Part shown: positions 6,552 to 17,940 of the stretch, piece after piece
How the letters are laid out: each line of letters opens with the position of its first letter
Position numbering within the stretch: the stretch's first letter is position 1
Origin: Candidatus Velthaea sp.
GTDB taxonomy: Bacteria > Vulcanimicrobiota > Vulcanimicrobiia > Vulcanimicrobiales > Vulcanimicrobiaceae
Length of the DNA: 30,480 bases
NCBI GenBank assembly: GCA_965214935.1
Contig: CBDCCS010000017.1
Span: 1 to 30,480 of the forward strand
Reading direction: 5' to 3'
Made by a program: the position numbers and the translations under genes
The notes under the pieces: model-generated
What the model was told of the DNA's origin: nothing
The model's input: only the letters and a program-made list of their open reading frames with translations
Databases searched by the model: none

Positions 6552-9352
6552 TCCGCGTCGAGCGGCACCAGTACGCTGACGGGAAAGGTGCCGAGCAGCG
6601 CTCCGGCGGCAAGAACGCCGCCGGACGCATCGACCGTCATTTCGGTGAAAATGTTCTGGTAGCGGGCCGCTGCATCCGGCGGCAGCGCAATCGTTTCCTC
6701 ACCGAATTCAAGCTTCGGGCCGTTTTCGCTCGCGCTCACGCGGTCGAAGATAAGTCGCGGCCCGACCACGATGATTTCGCTGCGCGCGAATGCAACGATG
6801 TGGTCGCTGAGCGGACCGCTCACGACGAGCGGTTCGTAGGGCCCATCGAGAAATAAAGCGCGGCGTTCGCCACGCAATTGCAACAGTTTCCACGTTACGA
6901 ACAGCTTCACGCGCCCATCGAGCCATGACGTGCGCGCCGCTTGCGAATCGAGCTTCGCATCGCCTAACATCCGGGCGCGCAACGCATAATCGACAGCACG
7001 GCGGTTGTCCGGATCGACCAGCGAATGATCCCACAATTCGCAGCCTTGATAGATGTCGGGCACGCCCGGCGACATGCACTTGAACACGACTTGTGCGACG
7101 CTCGAGATCATTGCTGCCGGGGCGATCTGAGCGACGAAAGCAGCCAATTCGCCGGGAAACCGAGCTTCATCGCCGCGCTCCAAGATGCCGCGTACGAATG
7201 CCTCGGTCGCTTCTTCGTACGCCGTATCCGGGTTCGACCAGCTCGTGCGCTGCTTTGCTTCGCGCTGCGCTTTTTGCATGTACGCAACGATGCGTTCGAT
7301 GTATGCCGCGTACTCGTCATCGGGGACCGCCGACGCGTCAAGCCAGACCGACGGCCACGTCCCGATGAGCGTCTGATAGATGAAGTATTCGTCGTTTGCA
7401 TCCGGTGATTGATAACCACGCGACGTTCCGCGTCTGGTGCGATTGATGCGCGCCCAGCGGCGGAGCGCCCGGCTCCAGCCGCCGGGTGTCTCGGTCAGGA
7501 CGTCAACGCGCGTGCGCACGTCTTCGCCGCGTTTATGGTCGTGGGTCGAAGTGGTGAGCATCGTATGCGGACGCGTCGCCGCACGTTCGGCGTTCGCGGC
7601 ATGGAACTCCGCGACGGACGTCCCGAAATGCTGCGGGTCGCCGCCCACTTCGTTGAGTGAAATGAGCCGAACGTAACGATAAAAGACGGTGTCTTCGATC
7701 GATTTCGCCATGACCGGACTGGTGTATTGTTGGAAGCGCATCGTAAAGCGCAGCACGTCGTTACGATTGTAACTGGTATCGCCTTCGATCGCGCGCAATG
7801 TCAATATATCGGCGATGAACGTGAAGAGGCTCTCATCGTAGAGCGTACTGCGCCGCTGCGCGACGGCGACGGCCGCTTCGATGAATTCGCGATCTTCCGC
7901 TTCAATCACTTCGCTAATGACGTAGGTACGATACACGGGAAATGCTGCGACGACATCCATGAGTGCATCGCGCAGTCCGTTATAGGTGAAGTCGCTCGAG
8001 TGCCGGTCGCTGGCAGCGATGCGCGAGAGATTCGTTGCGAGCACCGTCAGTTCGCTTGCGAGATTGACCGACATGATCCGGCGTTTTGCATCGTACGCAA
8101 TATCGTCGTAGTTCGGTTCGCGACCGATCGCGCGCGCGTAGATACGCGTGAAACCGGCTTCGGCGCGTGCATCGACGAACAGCCCGTTCACGAGGTTGGC
8201 GTATTCATAACCGGTTGTCCCGGCGATAAGCCAGCTCGCTCGTAAGCGCTCGAACGTTGCTAGGATTTTCTCAACGACGACGTAGACCGGTTGGCCCAAA
8301 GCATCGGCGCGTTCTTTGAGCAGATTGCAGTAGCCACCAGGGTTGTACAAGCCATCGACATGGTCGATGCGCAGCCCCTGCAACATTCCATTTGCAATAA
8401 GCTCGAACACCAAGCGGTGCGTCTGGCCGAGTACGTCGGCATCCTCGACGCGTAAGCCCGCGAGGTCGTTGATGTCGAAGAAGCGCCGATAATTGACGTC
8501 GTCGACCGCGACGCGCCAGTAAGCCAGCCGGTAGTACTGATCTTGTAACAGCACGTCGAGCCGGTCCGCGCTTTGCGGCGCGGCGGCATCCACCGCATAT
8601 TCCGCCAGGGCATCGGCGATGGCGCGAGCGGTCGCGCCGTCTTTTGCAGCTTCCGCCAACTCGCATTTCATCTGCGCTGCAGCATCGAAGATCGCTTGGA
8701 GCGCCGCATCGTCGGCAGCTGATTCTCCGGCGCGTTCAGATGCGCCGATCAACGGTTCGAGTTGCGCCGCACCGTTCGTCACGGCGGATCGAAGAATCTG
8801 CGCATACGACTTTACGGCGAGCGGGTACTGATTAGCAAAATAGGCGACGAAAAAGGCGCCCGTTGCGGCATCGAACGTAAGTTGGATGTCGCCATGCTCG
8901 AGCACCCGGCCGTAATGATCGCCGAGCGTCGGAACGAGAACCTTACCGCCTAACTCCGGTTTGAGCGGACTCCAATCGATGTCGAAAAACGTTGCGTACG
9001 GCGACCGTTCGCCCCATTCCAAAACGTGCATCCACCATGGGTTGTCCGATCCGACGCCCATGTGATTGGGGACAAAATCGAGGATTTGCCCCATGCCGAG
9101 GGCCTGAGCGGTATGCACCATGAGCGCATGCTCTTCGGTCGTGCCGATCTCGGGATTGAGCGAATTCGGATCGACCACATCGTAGCCGTGCATGCTGCCC
9201 GGCCGCGCTTTGAGATACGGCGAAGCGTACATGTGGCCGACACCCAGATCGTGCAGATACTCGATGATGGCGGTTGCATCGCGGAAGCCGAACTGCGGCG
9301 TAAATTGTAAGCGATAGGTGGCGGTCGGGATTGTCGGCGGGCGCTGATTCAA
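6548..9352 (-). CDS. treY: Malto-oligosyltrehalose synthase
   Basis: PTATYRLQF, GSMHGYDV, DFVPNHMG, NYRRFFDIN, GLRIDHVDG, VVEKIL, TSTHDHKRGED, PGVPDIYQG. Likely TTG start at 9352 overlapping the treZ stop (alternative ATG 9376). Confidence 0.96.
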   Translation of the reverse strand: MNQRPPTIPTATYRLQFTPQFGFRDATAIIEYLHDLGVGHMYASPYLKARPGSMHGYDVVDPNSLNPEIGTTEEHALMVHTAQALGMGQILDFVPNHMGVGSDNPWWMHVLEWGERSPYATFFDIDWSPLKPELGGKVLVPTLGDHYGRVLEHGDIQLTFDAATGAFFVAYFANQYPLAVKSYAQILRSAVTNGAAQLEPLIGASERAGESAADDAALQAIFDAAAQMKCELAEAAKDGATARAIADALAEYAVDAAAPQSADRLDVLLQDQYYRLAYWRVAVDDVNYRRFFDINDLAGLRVEDADVLGQTHRLVFELIANGMLQGLRIDHVDGLYNPGGYCNLLKERADALGQPVYVVVEKILATFERLRASWLIAGTTGYEYANLVNGLFVDARAEAGFTRIYARAIGREPNYDDIAYDAKRRIMSVNLASELTVLATNLSRIAASDRHSSDFTYNGLRDALMDVVAAFPVYRTYVISEVIEAEDREFIEAAVAVAQRRSTLYDESLFTFIADILTLRAIEGDTSYNRNDVLRFTMRFQQYTSPVMAKSIEDTVFYRYVRLISLNEVGGDPQHFGTSVAEFHAANAERAATRPHTMLTTSTHDHKRGEDVRTRVDVLTETPGGWSRALRRWARINRTRRGTSRGYQSPDANDEYFIYQTLIGTWPSVWLDASAVPDDEYAAYIERIVAYMQKAQREAKQRTSWSNPDTAYEEATEAFVRGILERGDEARFPGELAAFVAQIAPAAMISSVAQVVFKCMSPGVPDIYQGCELWDHSLVDPDNRRAVDYALRARMLGDAKLDSQAARTSWLDGRVKLFVTWKLLQLRGERRALFLDGPYEPLVVSGPLSDHIVAFARSEIIVVGPRLIFDRVSASENGPKLEFGEETIALPPDAAARYQNIFTEMTVDASGGVLAAGALLGTFPVSVLVPLDAD

Positions 9353-11139
9353 TCGATCGACCAGCGCACGGCCCATGCCGGAGCGATCCCGCCGGTAAAT
9401 TCCGCTTCTCCGTAGATCGTGCGGCCCGGCGCGCGCTCGGTGAAACCGCCGGCGGCACTCATCGACATATTTGCTTCAAGCGTCAACGTCGCGTCGTCCA
9501 GTTTCCAACTTGCATGCAGGCCTGTTTTGCCGATCTCGCGGTACTCCGTTTCGCGTCCGGTGACCGTTGTAATGCGCGGCACGATCTCGGTTGCACGCAA
9601 GTGCAACAGCGAACGGTAATGTGCGTACATCGTACGATGCGGTTCGATGTCGCGCTCGTCCCAGTTGAGTTTCGAGCGCTCGAAGGTCTCGGGCGCTGAT
9701 GGATCCGGAATCGATTCGCGAACCTTCGGATCGGCAAACTCGGGAAAAGACGCAAATTCGCGCCGGCGGCCTTCGGTCACTAACCGCGCGAGTTCCGGTT
9801 CGAAGTCACAGAAAAATAAGAACGGCGTCGATGCAGCCCATTCTTCGCCCATGAACAGCAACGGCCGCGCTGGCGCGAGCAGCAGAACGGCGGCCGCGGC
9901 GAAAGCGGCTTCGCGCGGGGCAAGCATTGCCAGCCGTTCGCCCTTGGCGCGGTTGCCGATCTGATCGTGATTTTGAATGAAGTCGACGAATTTACCGGTC
10001 GACTGGTCGTCGCTTCGCGCACCGCGCGCAGCGCCGTTTCGGAACGGCGACGGATCGCCTTGATAGGCGTAACCCGTCGTCAGCGCGCGCCCCATCAGCC
10101 AAGCCGGGCGCTCGGCGTAATCTTGATAATAACCGCCCGTATCTCCGGTCGTGAGAACGTGCACGGTATGATGGAAGTCGTCATTCCACTGCGCGTCGTA
10201 ACCGGCGTGCAAAAGCTTCACGTCGTTGTGATCGTTTTCCACGACGAGTTGAACGTAACGTCCGGCGGGCGCCCATGCAGCGATTGCGGACCGAAGATCT
10301 TCGAGTACCGTCGGGGACCGTTCGTCGAAAATCATTTGCGTCGCATCGAGGCGCAGGCCATCGAAGCGGTAGGCTTCAAGCCACCAGCGCGCATTCTCGA
10401 TAAAAAACGCCCGTACGTCGTCCGAACGATAGTCGATTGCCGCGCCCCACGGCGTTTCGTAGCGCTCGGTAAAAAACGTCGGCGCGAAGCCGTGCAAATA
10501 GTTGCCTTCCGGCCCGAAATGGTTGTAAACAACGTCGAGAAAGACCGCTAAGCCGCGCTCGTGCGCCGCATCGATGAGCGTCACGAGTTCTTCGGGCCGG
10601 CCGTAGCGTTCGGCCGGTGCATACGGCAACACGCCGTCGTAACCCCAATTGCGTTTGCCGGGCCATTGCGAGAGCGGCATGATTTCGATCGCGGTAATAC
10701 CGAGATCGACCAAATCGTCGAGCCGCTCGATCGCCGACGCGTACGTACCGCCGGGCGTAAACGTACCGATATGCAGTTCGTAAAAGACAATCTCATTCCA
10801 AGGCCGCCCGGTCCAAGCGTCTTGCGACCATGCGAAGCTGGACGGGTCGACGATTTCGCTGAGGCCATGCACGCCGTCGGGCTGAAAGCGCGACGCCGGG
10901 TCGGGAACGATTGCATCGGCGCCGTCAATCCGAAATCCGTAGACTGTTCCGGCGCGTGCGTGCGAGTCGCGTGCGCTGAACCAACCGTCGGCGTGCGCTT
11001 GAAGCGGTGTTTCGCGCTCGCCGGCAGCGTCGCGCACGACAACGGCAACAGCGGTGGCGGCCGGTGCAAAAAAACGGAACGCTGCCCCGCCGGCAGAATC
11101 GAGCGCTGCGCCGAAGCGATAGGCGTGCGTATCGATCAT
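9349..11139 (-). CDS. treZ: Malto-oligosyltrehalose trehalohydrolase
   Basis: [69 protein letters not shown]. Confidence 0.96.
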   Translation of the reverse strand: MIDTHAYRFGAALDSAGGAAFRFFAPAATAVAVVVRDAAGERETPLQAHADGWFSARDSHARAGTVYGFRIDGADAIVPDPASRFQPDGVHGLSEIVDPSSFAWSQDAWTGRPWNEIVFYELHIGTFTPGGTYASAIERLDDLVDLGITAIEIMPLSQWPGKRNWGYDGVLPYAPAERYGRPEELVTLIDAAHERGLAVFLDVVYNHFGPEGNYLHGFAPTFFTERYETPWGAAIDYRSDDVRAFFIENARWWLEAYRFDGLRLDATQMIFDERSPTVLEDLRSAIAAWAPAGRYVQLVVENDHNDVKLLHAGYDAQWNDDFHHTVHVLTTGDTGGYYQDYAERPAWLMGRALTTGYAYQGDPSPFRNGAARGARSDDQSTGKFVDFIQNHDQIGNRAKGERLAMLAPREAAFAAAAVLLLAPARPLLFMGEEWAASTPFLFFCDFEPELARLVTEGRRREFASFPEFADPKVRESIPDPSAPETFERSKLNWDERDIEPHRTMYAHYRSLLHLRATEIVPRITTVTGRETEYREIGKTGLHASWKLDDATLTLEANMSMSAAGGFTERAPGRTIYGEAEFTGGIAPAWAVRWSID

Positions 11140-14100
11140 TGCGGCACGCGTCCGATGACGTTGTTGACGTAAAAGCCGAGCGACGTTGAGTTTTCGGCAA
11201 TCGCAATGGCCAGCGCTTGCATCGCGTCATGCAGCGCAACCGCTTCGACCCGCGCGCGAAAAGCCGCCGGATCGCCGGTGGCAAGTAATGTATCGTTCAC
11301 GCCGGATGCATACCCATCTCGGAACGCCTTTGCCGCCCGCTCGGTCCACAATCGCAGATCTTCAGCGAAGCGTTCGGCGCTTTCGGTACGATCGGTCGCG
11401 ACATCGCGTAACGCCGCCGTTGCCGCTGCTTCCAAAGAGCGATGCATCCGGGCGACGTCCCGCAAGGGCGTATTCTTTCGGCGGCGTTCCTTCGGCGGTA
11501 AAAACTCATCGCCGGATCCCGGATCGACGATCAGCAAATCCGCTTCCGTAACCAGGTAGCGCGCGAGATGCAGGTCGCCATGGATGCGAATTTTCATTCC
11601 GGATGCAAGCGGCTCTTGATCGGCGAGCTCACGCATGATGCGCGGTCGCAGATCGAGCAACGCGCTAATTGCGGAACGCAGCGGCGGGGCTGCGCCGGCA
11701 AGCCGGCCCGGCAAGCGCTCGAAGACAAATGCAGCGCGCAGGTCGGATTCGGCAACCCAGCCGGCCGTGTCGCCGGCATCGACGAGTTCCGGAACGAACG
11801 CCGGATCTTCGGATTCCGCGAGTGCCAAGTGCAGCGAGGCGAGCCGCTCGCCGGCCCGGCGTGCCTCGGGCGCGAAGTAATCGACATTGAGATCGCTCGG
11901 CGCGCCGTTTTCGGCGCTTTGCCCGGAGTCCGGCAACGGCGTAATCCGGCGGCGCTCGAGAAAACGCCCGAGGAATGTCTGCGTGACGTCCCACGCGTTG
12001 CCGCGGTTGAGCACGTAGCGCGAAACGACGCCCGCGGCGATCGACACATTGTCGCGACCGTCATAGACGATCGTTCCGAGCAAGGGTGCCGTATGCGCGA
12101 AACCCATGTCGTGCAAGTGCCGCGCTAGTTCGATCTCCGGGTTCAAGCCGGCATGCGTGCGACGGAACAGCGTGATCAACAGCGTTTCGCCGACGATACC
12201 CAGCGTGTGCCGTCCCTGGGTGACCGGTCGCCGGACGACTTCACCTTCGGCCAGTTCGAGATCGCCGAAACTCCAGGTCGGTTCGGCACGCAAGGTTCCG
12301 GCATCGCTGCTGAATTGCGTTCCGTCACGCAGTGCACGAGCCAACGCAACCCATAACGTATCGTCTGCCGACGCGTCGACGAGCAACGCTTCACGCGGCC
12401 CCGTTCGCGTTCGTGCGATCGCCGAGCGCAACACCGTCGCCGAGCGTTCCTTGCCGTCGTCGTAGACGACACCCAACGGTACCGCGCTATACAGCGTGTC
12501 GTCATATTGCATCGATGACGCGAAGAGCGCCAACACCGGCGGATGGGCCGCGGTTGTTAGGGCCATCGCATCGACCATCCGGGTGCGCGGCGGCGCGTGA
12601 CCGCTGATATGCGGGACGGCATGAATTGCCGCCAGATACGGTGGAATGACCTCGGTTTCGAGCAGTTTTCGGCTTGGTTCACGCGCTAAACTGCGCCAGC
12701 CGTTAGGCAACACCAAGGTTGCAAACTCGGGCATTTGCAGCGGCGCGCGATCGGTCGCCTCGCGCGATTCCGGGACGCTGCTTGCGAGCAAAAACCAGTA
12801 GAACGCATGGCCGGGCAACGTCAGTACGTAGCGGTCGTCGACGATCGGCGGGAACGGACTCCAACCGATCATTTCGAGCGGTACGCGGCCGGCAAAGCGG
12901 CTCAAATCGAGCGCGACGGCTTGCGGCGTACGGGCAAGATTGGCCACGCACAGGACGACGGTATCTTCATACTCGCGAACGTATGCGACAACTTTGCGGT
13001 TCGCCGGATGTAAAAACGATAATGTGCCGCGACCGAAGACCGCGTGCGCTTGGCGTACGGCGATCAGACGTTTGAACCAGTTCAGCATCGACGACGGCGA
13101 GCGTTCCTGCGCTTCGACATTGACGCTTGGAAAGCCGTAGACGACGTCTTGAATGGCCGGCAGAAACAGACGCTGCGCATCGCTGCGTGAAAAGCCGCCG
13201 TTACGATCGCCCGACCATTGCATCGGGGTGCGCACGCCGTCGCGGTCGCCGAGATAGATATTATCGCCCATCCCGATCTCGTCACCGTAATAAACGACGG
13301 GCGTACCGGGCATCGACAGCAGTAAACTCGTCATGAGTTCGATCCGGCCGCGATCGTTTTCCATCAGCGGCGCCAGCCGGCGCCGGATGCCGACGTTGAT
13401 GCGCGCTCGCGCATCGGGAGCGTAAACGCTGTACAGAAATGCGCGCTCGCGATCGGTAACCATCTCGAGCGTCAGCTCGTCATGATTGCGCAGAAACATC
13501 GCCCATTGACAGTTTTCCGGAATCGACGGTGTTTGACGCATGATGTCGACGATCGGATAGCGATCCTCTTCGGCGATCGAGATGAACATGCGCGGCATGA
13601 GCGGGAAGTGAAACGCCATGTGACACTCGTCGCCGTTGCCGAAATACTCGGCCACGTCTTCGGGCCATTGATTCGCCTCCGCCAGGAAGAAGCGGTCGGG
13701 ATATTCGGCATCGACGACGGCGCGCAGCCGTTTGAGGATCGAATGCGTTTCGGGCAAGTTCTCGTTGTTGGTACCTTCGCGTTCGACCAAATAGGGAATC
13801 GCGTCTAACCGCACGCCGTCGACGCCGGCATCAAACCAAAAGCGCATGACGTCGACCACGGCCTCGAAAACTTTGGGATTGTCGAAGTTGAGGTCGGGTT
13901 GATGGCTGAAGAAGCGGTGCCAAAAATACTGCTTGGCAACCGGATCCCACGTCCAGTTGGAGGTCTCGGTGTCGACGAAGATGATCCGCGTGCCGGTATA
14001 TTTGTCGGGCGAATCGCTCCAAACGTACCAATCGCGATAAAGCGAGCCGGCCGGGGATTGGCGCGCGCGTTCGAACCACGGATGCTGATCGCTGGTATGA

Positions 14101-14429
14101 TTGATGATCAGCTCGGTGATGACGCGCAGGCCCAGACGATGCGCGACGCGCACGAATTGACGGAAGTCACGCATCGTTCCGTAGCTCGGATGCACGCCTT
14201 TGTAATCGGCGATATCATATCCGTCGTCGCGCAACGGCGACGGGTAAAACGGCAACAGCCAAACGGCCGACGCACCCAGATTTTTGATGTACGGCAGTTT
14301 TTCCATCAGGCCGCGAAAATCGCCGATGCCGTCGCCGTTTGAATCGGCAAACGCTTTGACGTGCAGCTGATAGATGACGGCATCCTTGTACCACAGGGAG
14401 CCTGCTTGCTGTCTCGTCTCGGTTTGCAT
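11136..14429 (-). CDS. treS: Trehalose synthase (maltose alpha-D-glucosyltransferase) fused to a maltokinase-like (Mak/Pep2) domain
   Basis: [59 protein letters not shown], plus C-terminal RIHGDLHL and ERRRK.TPLRDVA. The start was moved to ATG 14429 because the longer ORF overlaps uvrC. Confidence 0.95.
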   Translation of the reverse strand: MQTETRQQAGSLWYKDAVIYQLHVKAFADSNGDGIGDFRGLMEKLPYIKNLGASAVWLLPFYPSPLRDDGYDIADYKGVHPSYGTMRDFRQFVRVAHRLGLRVITELIINHTSDQHPWFERARQSPAGSLYRDWYVWSDSPDKYTGTRIIFVDTETSNWTWDPVAKQYFWHRFFSHQPDLNFDNPKVFEAVVDVMRFWFDAGVDGVRLDAIPYLVEREGTNNENLPETHSILKRLRAVVDAEYPDRFFLAEANQWPEDVAEYFGNGDECHMAFHFPLMPRMFISIAEEDRYPIVDIMRQTPSIPENCQWAMFLRNHDELTLEMVTDRERAFLYSVYAPDARARINVGIRRRLAPLMENDRGRIELMTSLLLSMPGTPVVYYGDEIGMGDNIYLGDRDGVRTPMQWSGDRNGGFSRSDAQRLFLPAIQDVVYGFPSVNVEAQERSPSSMLNWFKRLIAVRQAHAVFGRGTLSFLHPANRKVVAYVREYEDTVVLCVANLARTPQAVALDLSRFAGRVPLEMIGWSPFPPIVDDRYVLTLPGHAFYWFLLASSVPESREATDRAPLQMPEFATLVLPNGWRSLAREPSRKLLETEVIPPYLAAIHAVPHISGHAPPRTRMVDAMALTTAAHPPVLALFASSMQYDDTLYSAVPLGVVYDDGKERSATVLRSAIARTRTGPREALLVDASADDTLWVALARALRDGTQFSSDAGTLRAEPTWSFGDLELAEGEVVRRPVTQGRHTLGIVGETLLITLFRRTHAGLNPEIELARHLHDMGFAHTAPLLGTIVYDGRDNVSIAAGVVSRYVLNRGNAWDVTQTFLGRFLERRRITPLPDSGQSAENGAPSDLNVDYFAPEARRAGERLASLHLALAESEDPAFVPELVDAGDTAGWVAESDLRAAFVFERLPGRLAGAAPPLRSAISALLDLRPRIMRELADQEPLASGMKIRIHGDLHLARYLVTEADLLIVDPGSGDEFLPPKERRRKNTPLRDVARMHRSLEAAATAALRDVATDRTESAERFAEDLRLWTERAAKAFRDGYASGVNDTLLATGDPAAFRARVEAVALHDAMQALAIAIAENSTSLGFYVNNVIGRVPQ

Positions 14430-14536
14430 GTCAAACGCTTCTGCCCACTCCGCGGCATTTCTTCGCGCAGCGGCGGGAGGTCGCGCTCGTTCGTCTGTGC
14501 TGAGGTGTATCGACGAGTAATTGCGAACGTCTACGG

Positions 14537-16561
14537 GTGAACGAAAACCGGCTCGAGCGGACACTGGGGCAATTGCCCGATGCGCCCGGGGTCTACATGA
14601 TGATCGGCGACGACGGCCGCATCATTTATATCGGTAAGGCGGTTTCATTACGAAACCGTGTCCGTTCGTATTTTCAAGACTCGGCGGCACATCCGCACCG
14701 CACGCGTTCGATGGTCGAGCGAGTCGTCGACGTACGCACGATCGTGGTTTCGAACGAAATCGAATCGCTGATCCTCGAAGCCAATCTCATCAAGCGTCAC
14801 CAGCCGCCGTTCAACGTTCGGCTGCGCGATGATAAGCGCTTTCCTTATCTCAAGGTGACGAACGAAGCGTTTCCGCGGGTGATCTTCACCCGTACGCTGC
14901 GCGACGACGGCGCACGCTATTTTGGGCCGTATACCAACGCACACGGCCTGCGCGAACTCATCGATCTCGTCCGCATCGTCTTTCCGTTGCGCACCTGCCG
15001 CGAGCCGATCGACGGCAAGCGTCGCCGGCCGTGCTTGCAGTATCACATCAAACGGTGCTTAGCGCCGTGCGTCGGCTATCAGTCCGAACCGGAATACGAC
15101 GGACTCGTCGATGAAGTCGTGCTCTTCCTCGAAGGTCAACAAGACGCGCTGATCGCGCGTTTGCAGAACGAGATGACCGACGCAGCCGAACACTTTCATT
15201 TCGAGGCGGCGGGCCGGCTGCGCGATCGGATCATTGCGGTTCGCCGGGTTACTGAAACGCAGAAAGTCGTTTGGCGTTCGCGCATCGATATGGATCTCAT
15301 CGCCGTGGCGCGCGCGCAAGGCCAAGCGTGCATGCAAGTGTTCATGGTCCGCGGCGGCAAGCTGCTCGGCCAAGAGCACTTTATACTCGACGGCACGGGC
15401 GACGCGCCCGAAGCCGAACTGTTCTCTGAATTCCTCAAACAGTTCTACACCGCGCGCAGCGGCAATATCGGCAGCGGCGCTGAAATCGATGCCGACTTTC
15501 TCGGTAGTCCGCTGGCATTGCGGTCGGCGCGCGAACAAGAGTCACCGGTCGCCTTGCGCGAGCGCCCGCGCAAGCGGCGGTCGGTCGCCGGCGGTGCCGC
15601 GATTCCGAAAGAAGTTTGCATCGAGGCCATGCCGTCGGACCGCTCGGTGATCGAACAGTGGCTGACCGAACTCAAGGGTCAGCGGGTGCGCATCTTGCGA
15701 CCGCTGCGCGGCTCGCGCGCCGACTACATGAAGCTCGTACAAAAAAATGCCGAGCAAAATCTCAAAAACTTTCTGATCCATCAGGAAGCCGCTGAAACGG
15801 CGTCGGCCAACGCGCTCAACGAGCTTGCAGCAGCGCTCGACTTGCCGGAGCCACCGCACCGGATCGAGTGTTACGACATCTCGAACATTCAAGGCACCAA
15901 CTCGGTCAGTTCGATGGTCGTGTTTCTCGAGGGCCGTTCGAAGAAGAGCGACTACCGGCATTTCAAGATACAATACGATCGGGGCCCGAACGATTTTGCC
16001 ATGATGCAAGAGACGCTGCGCCGCCGATTACGCTATCTGCGCAACGATGCCGACCGGCCGCCGGTCGCCGAGGGCGATGCGGCAGCGGCCGCAATGGAAG
16101 CGCAAGCCGCGCGCAAAGAGCGCTTTCATCAAAAGCCGGACTTACTGCTGATCGACGGCGGGAAGGGCCAGCTCAACGCGGTCGTCGAGGTATTGCACGA
16201 GCTGGATATGTGGGGCATCCCGGTCGCCGGCCTGGCCAAAGAGAACGAGTGGCTTTACGTACCCGGCAATCCCGAGCCGATCGTGCTGGCACCGAATTCC
16301 GCCGGCTTACACTTAGTGATGCGCGTGCGCGACGAAGCGCACCGCTTTGCGATTACCTATCATCGTCAGCGGCGCGATAAAGCAATGACGAAATCCGTGC
16401 TCGATACGCTTGAGGGGGTTGGAGCGGTTCGCAAAAAGCGGCTAATGAGCGCTTTTGGTTCCGTCGGTGCGATTCGCCGGGCGAGCGTCGACGAGATTGC
16501 CGCCGTCAAGGGTGTGACGCCGGCACTCGCATCGCAAATCAAAATCGCGCTCAATAGCTGA
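14537..16561 (+). CDS. uvrC: Excinuclease ABC subunit C
   Basis: GIY-YIG domain (PGVY..IYIGKA..LRNRV.SYF), Cys cluster [15 protein letters not shown] domain, [28 protein letters not shown], HhH tail. Confidence 0.97.
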   Translation: MNENRLERTLGQLPDAPGVYMMIGDDGRIIYIGKAVSLRNRVRSYFQDSAAHPHRTRSMVERVVDVRTIVVSNEIESLILEANLIKRHQPPFNVRLRDDKRFPYLKVTNEAFPRVIFTRTLRDDGARYFGPYTNAHGLRELIDLVRIVFPLRTCREPIDGKRRRPCLQYHIKRCLAPCVGYQSEPEYDGLVDEVVLFLEGQQDALIARLQNEMTDAAEHFHFEAAGRLRDRIIAVRRVTETQKVVWRSRIDMDLIAVARAQGQACMQVFMVRGGKLLGQEHFILDGTGDAPEAELFSEFLKQFYTARSGNIGSGAEIDADFLGSPLALRSAREQESPVALRERPRKRRSVAGGAAIPKEVCIEAMPSDRSVIEQWLTELKGQRVRILRPLRGSRADYMKLVQKNAEQNLKNFLIHQEAAETASANALNELAAALDLPEPPHRIECYDISNIQGTNSVSSMVVFLEGRSKKSDYRHFKIQYDRGPNDFAMMQETLRRRLRYLRNDADRPPVAEGDAAAAAMEAQAARKERFHQKPDLLLIDGGKGQLNAVVEVLHELDMWGIPVAGLAKENEWLYVPGNPEPIVLAPNSAGLHLVMRVRDEAHRFAITYHRQRRDKAMTKSVLDTLEGVGAVRKKRLMSAFGSVGAIRRASVDEIAAVKGVTPALASQIKIALNS

Positions 16562-16614
16562 GCCGCTGCGAAGCTCTAGGTTCTGCGTGCGATAAGCCAG
16601 AAGCGCGACGGCCT

Positions 16615-16962
16615 ATGCTGTTCGTTCGGCTTCTCGTCAACGCAGTCGCGCTGCTGCTCGTCGCGTACTTTGTGCCGGGCGTGCACGTCAACGGCTTTTT
16701 GGCCGCGCTTCTCGTCGCGCTGATCCTCGGCATCGTCAACACCGTACTGCGGCCGATCCTGATCTTACTGAGTCTGCCGCTGGAAATCTTGACGCTCGGA
16801 CTATTTACACTGGTGATCAACGCTGCTTTATTTTATTTCGTCGCGAAGCTGCACATCGGCCTGAGCGTTGATGGTTTTCAGGCGGCATTTTTGGGCTCGC
16901 TGCTCTTAAGCATCGTTTCATTCGTATTATCGGCATTTGTTCGTCCGGTCCGTCGGCCGTAA
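16615..16962 (+). CDS. Phage holin family (YvlD / 4-TMS) membrane protein
   Basis: N..LRPIL.LLSLP..ILTLGLFTLVINA signature and four hydrophobic segments. This family is commonly chromosomal near uvr genes. Confidence 0.9.
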   Translation: MLFVRLLVNAVALLLVAYFVPGVHVNGFLAALLVALILGIVNTVLRPILILLSLPLEILTLGLFTLVINAALFYFVAKLHIGLSVDGFQAAFLGSLLLSIVSFVLSAFVRPVRRP

Positions 16963-17052
16963 TCTGTAAACTACTCGTATCTGAACTAATACGAGCGACG
17001 GCCTTGGAACGATGAGCGAACGGAAGCCTTCGAGTGACGGCGCTGGTAGCGC

Positions 17053-17433
17053 CTACTTCGCGCTTGGACTCACCCGGTAGGCGCCGATTTTTCCACTTGG
17101 ATCGAGCCGGAGATCAACGTCGAGCGTGCCCCGGTCGAAACCTGCCTCGAACGCGTAGCGCCCTCGATCGGCGTCGCCGGACGTTTGTTTGAGCCCTTTG
17201 TACTGTCCTAAAGAGTGCATGCGATCGGACAAATCGCCGAGACTCGACCGCGTAAGCTGGCTCTTGAGAGCGTCGTCCATGTCGGCGCCGGTCGCATCGA
17301 TGTCAAGATCGTAAACCGCTTTGGTCGTGCGGTCTGCGAGCGAAGTCGGATTCGTGCCGCTATGCGCGCAACTCGCGAGCGTCAATCCAAGCGCAAGCGC
17401 AACGGCAAGACCGAACGGCGCACGGCGACCCAT
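17053..17433 (-). CDS. Putative lipoprotein, hypothetical
   Basis: Basic N-terminus, hydrophobic stretch and lipobox LASC. Starts 3 nt after the upstream gene's stop. Confidence 0.75.
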   Translation of the reverse strand: MGRRAPFGLAVALALGLTLASCAHSGTNPTSLADRTTKAVYDLDIDATGADMDDALKSQLTRSSLGDLSDRMHSLGQYKGLKQTSGDADRGRYAFEAGFDRGTLDVDLRLDPSGKIGAYRVSPSAK

Positions 17434-17436
17434 TGA

Positions 17437-17940
17437 CTACAACTGACCCCAGCCCCACGAGTCGGTGGCGACGCGCGTCGCTGTGGGCGAAGTCGTCGGC
17501 GCATGCGCAGCGTTCGACGGCAGATTGCGCCGCGGAACGATTGCGACACCGCGCGGGCGCGCTGCGACGGCCGCATGCGATCGATTCGAGGCGACTTGAC
17601 GGCGGAGCGACTCGATCATGCCGTGCTGTGTCGCGACCTCGTGTCTGTACTCGGCGTTCAGCGCTACTTCGTTGTCGTAGGCGCGGCGTTCGGCAGCGTA
17701 CGCGGCCTGCGCATTACTTGCCTGCGACTCGGCTGTGGCTTGACGCCGCGCGTCGTCGGCGTAACGCTGATGCACTTGTTTGTTGTGGTTGATGATCAGC
17801 AATGTGCCGGCAGCGGCTGCCGCACCGCCGATGAGAATGTTTCGCGTGCTCGCTGCTCCGTCGGCTTGCGCCGGCGCGATGGCCGAGGCGGTCATCCCGA
17901 GCGAAAGGGCGGCGGCGGTTAGGAACCGGTCGATGTTCAT
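17437..17940 (-). CDS. Hypothetical secreted protein with Gly/Ala-rich hydrophobic segment and coiled coil
   Basis: ATG 17940 with AAGGAG SD, signal peptide ending AQA-D, segment IGGAAAAAGTLLII, and a helical Ala/Gln/Arg/Glu-rich region. Confidence 0.8.
   Translation of the reverse strand: MNIDRFLTAAALSLGMTASAIAPAQADGAASTRNILIGGAAAAAGTLLIINHNKQVHQRYADDARRQATAESQASNAQAAYAAERRAYDNEVALNAEYRHEVATQHGMIESLRRQVASNRSHAAVAARPRGVAIVPRRNLPSNAAHAPTTSPTATRVATDSWGWGQL

Noticed and set aside
14430..14564. 45-aa N-terminal extension of TreS given by the ORF track
   Set aside because: It overlaps the divergent uvrC start and has no TreS similarity; ATG 14429 is the better start.
6600..16500. Numerous 60-200 aa alternative-frame and antisense ORFs inside the tre genes and uvrC
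   Set aside because: These are shadow ORFs expected in high-GC coding DNA, with no motifs or ribosome binding sites.
16615..16962. Holin as evidence of a prophage
   Set aside because: YvlD-type 4-TMS proteins are ordinary chromosomal genes, and there is no endolysin or other phage gene nearby.
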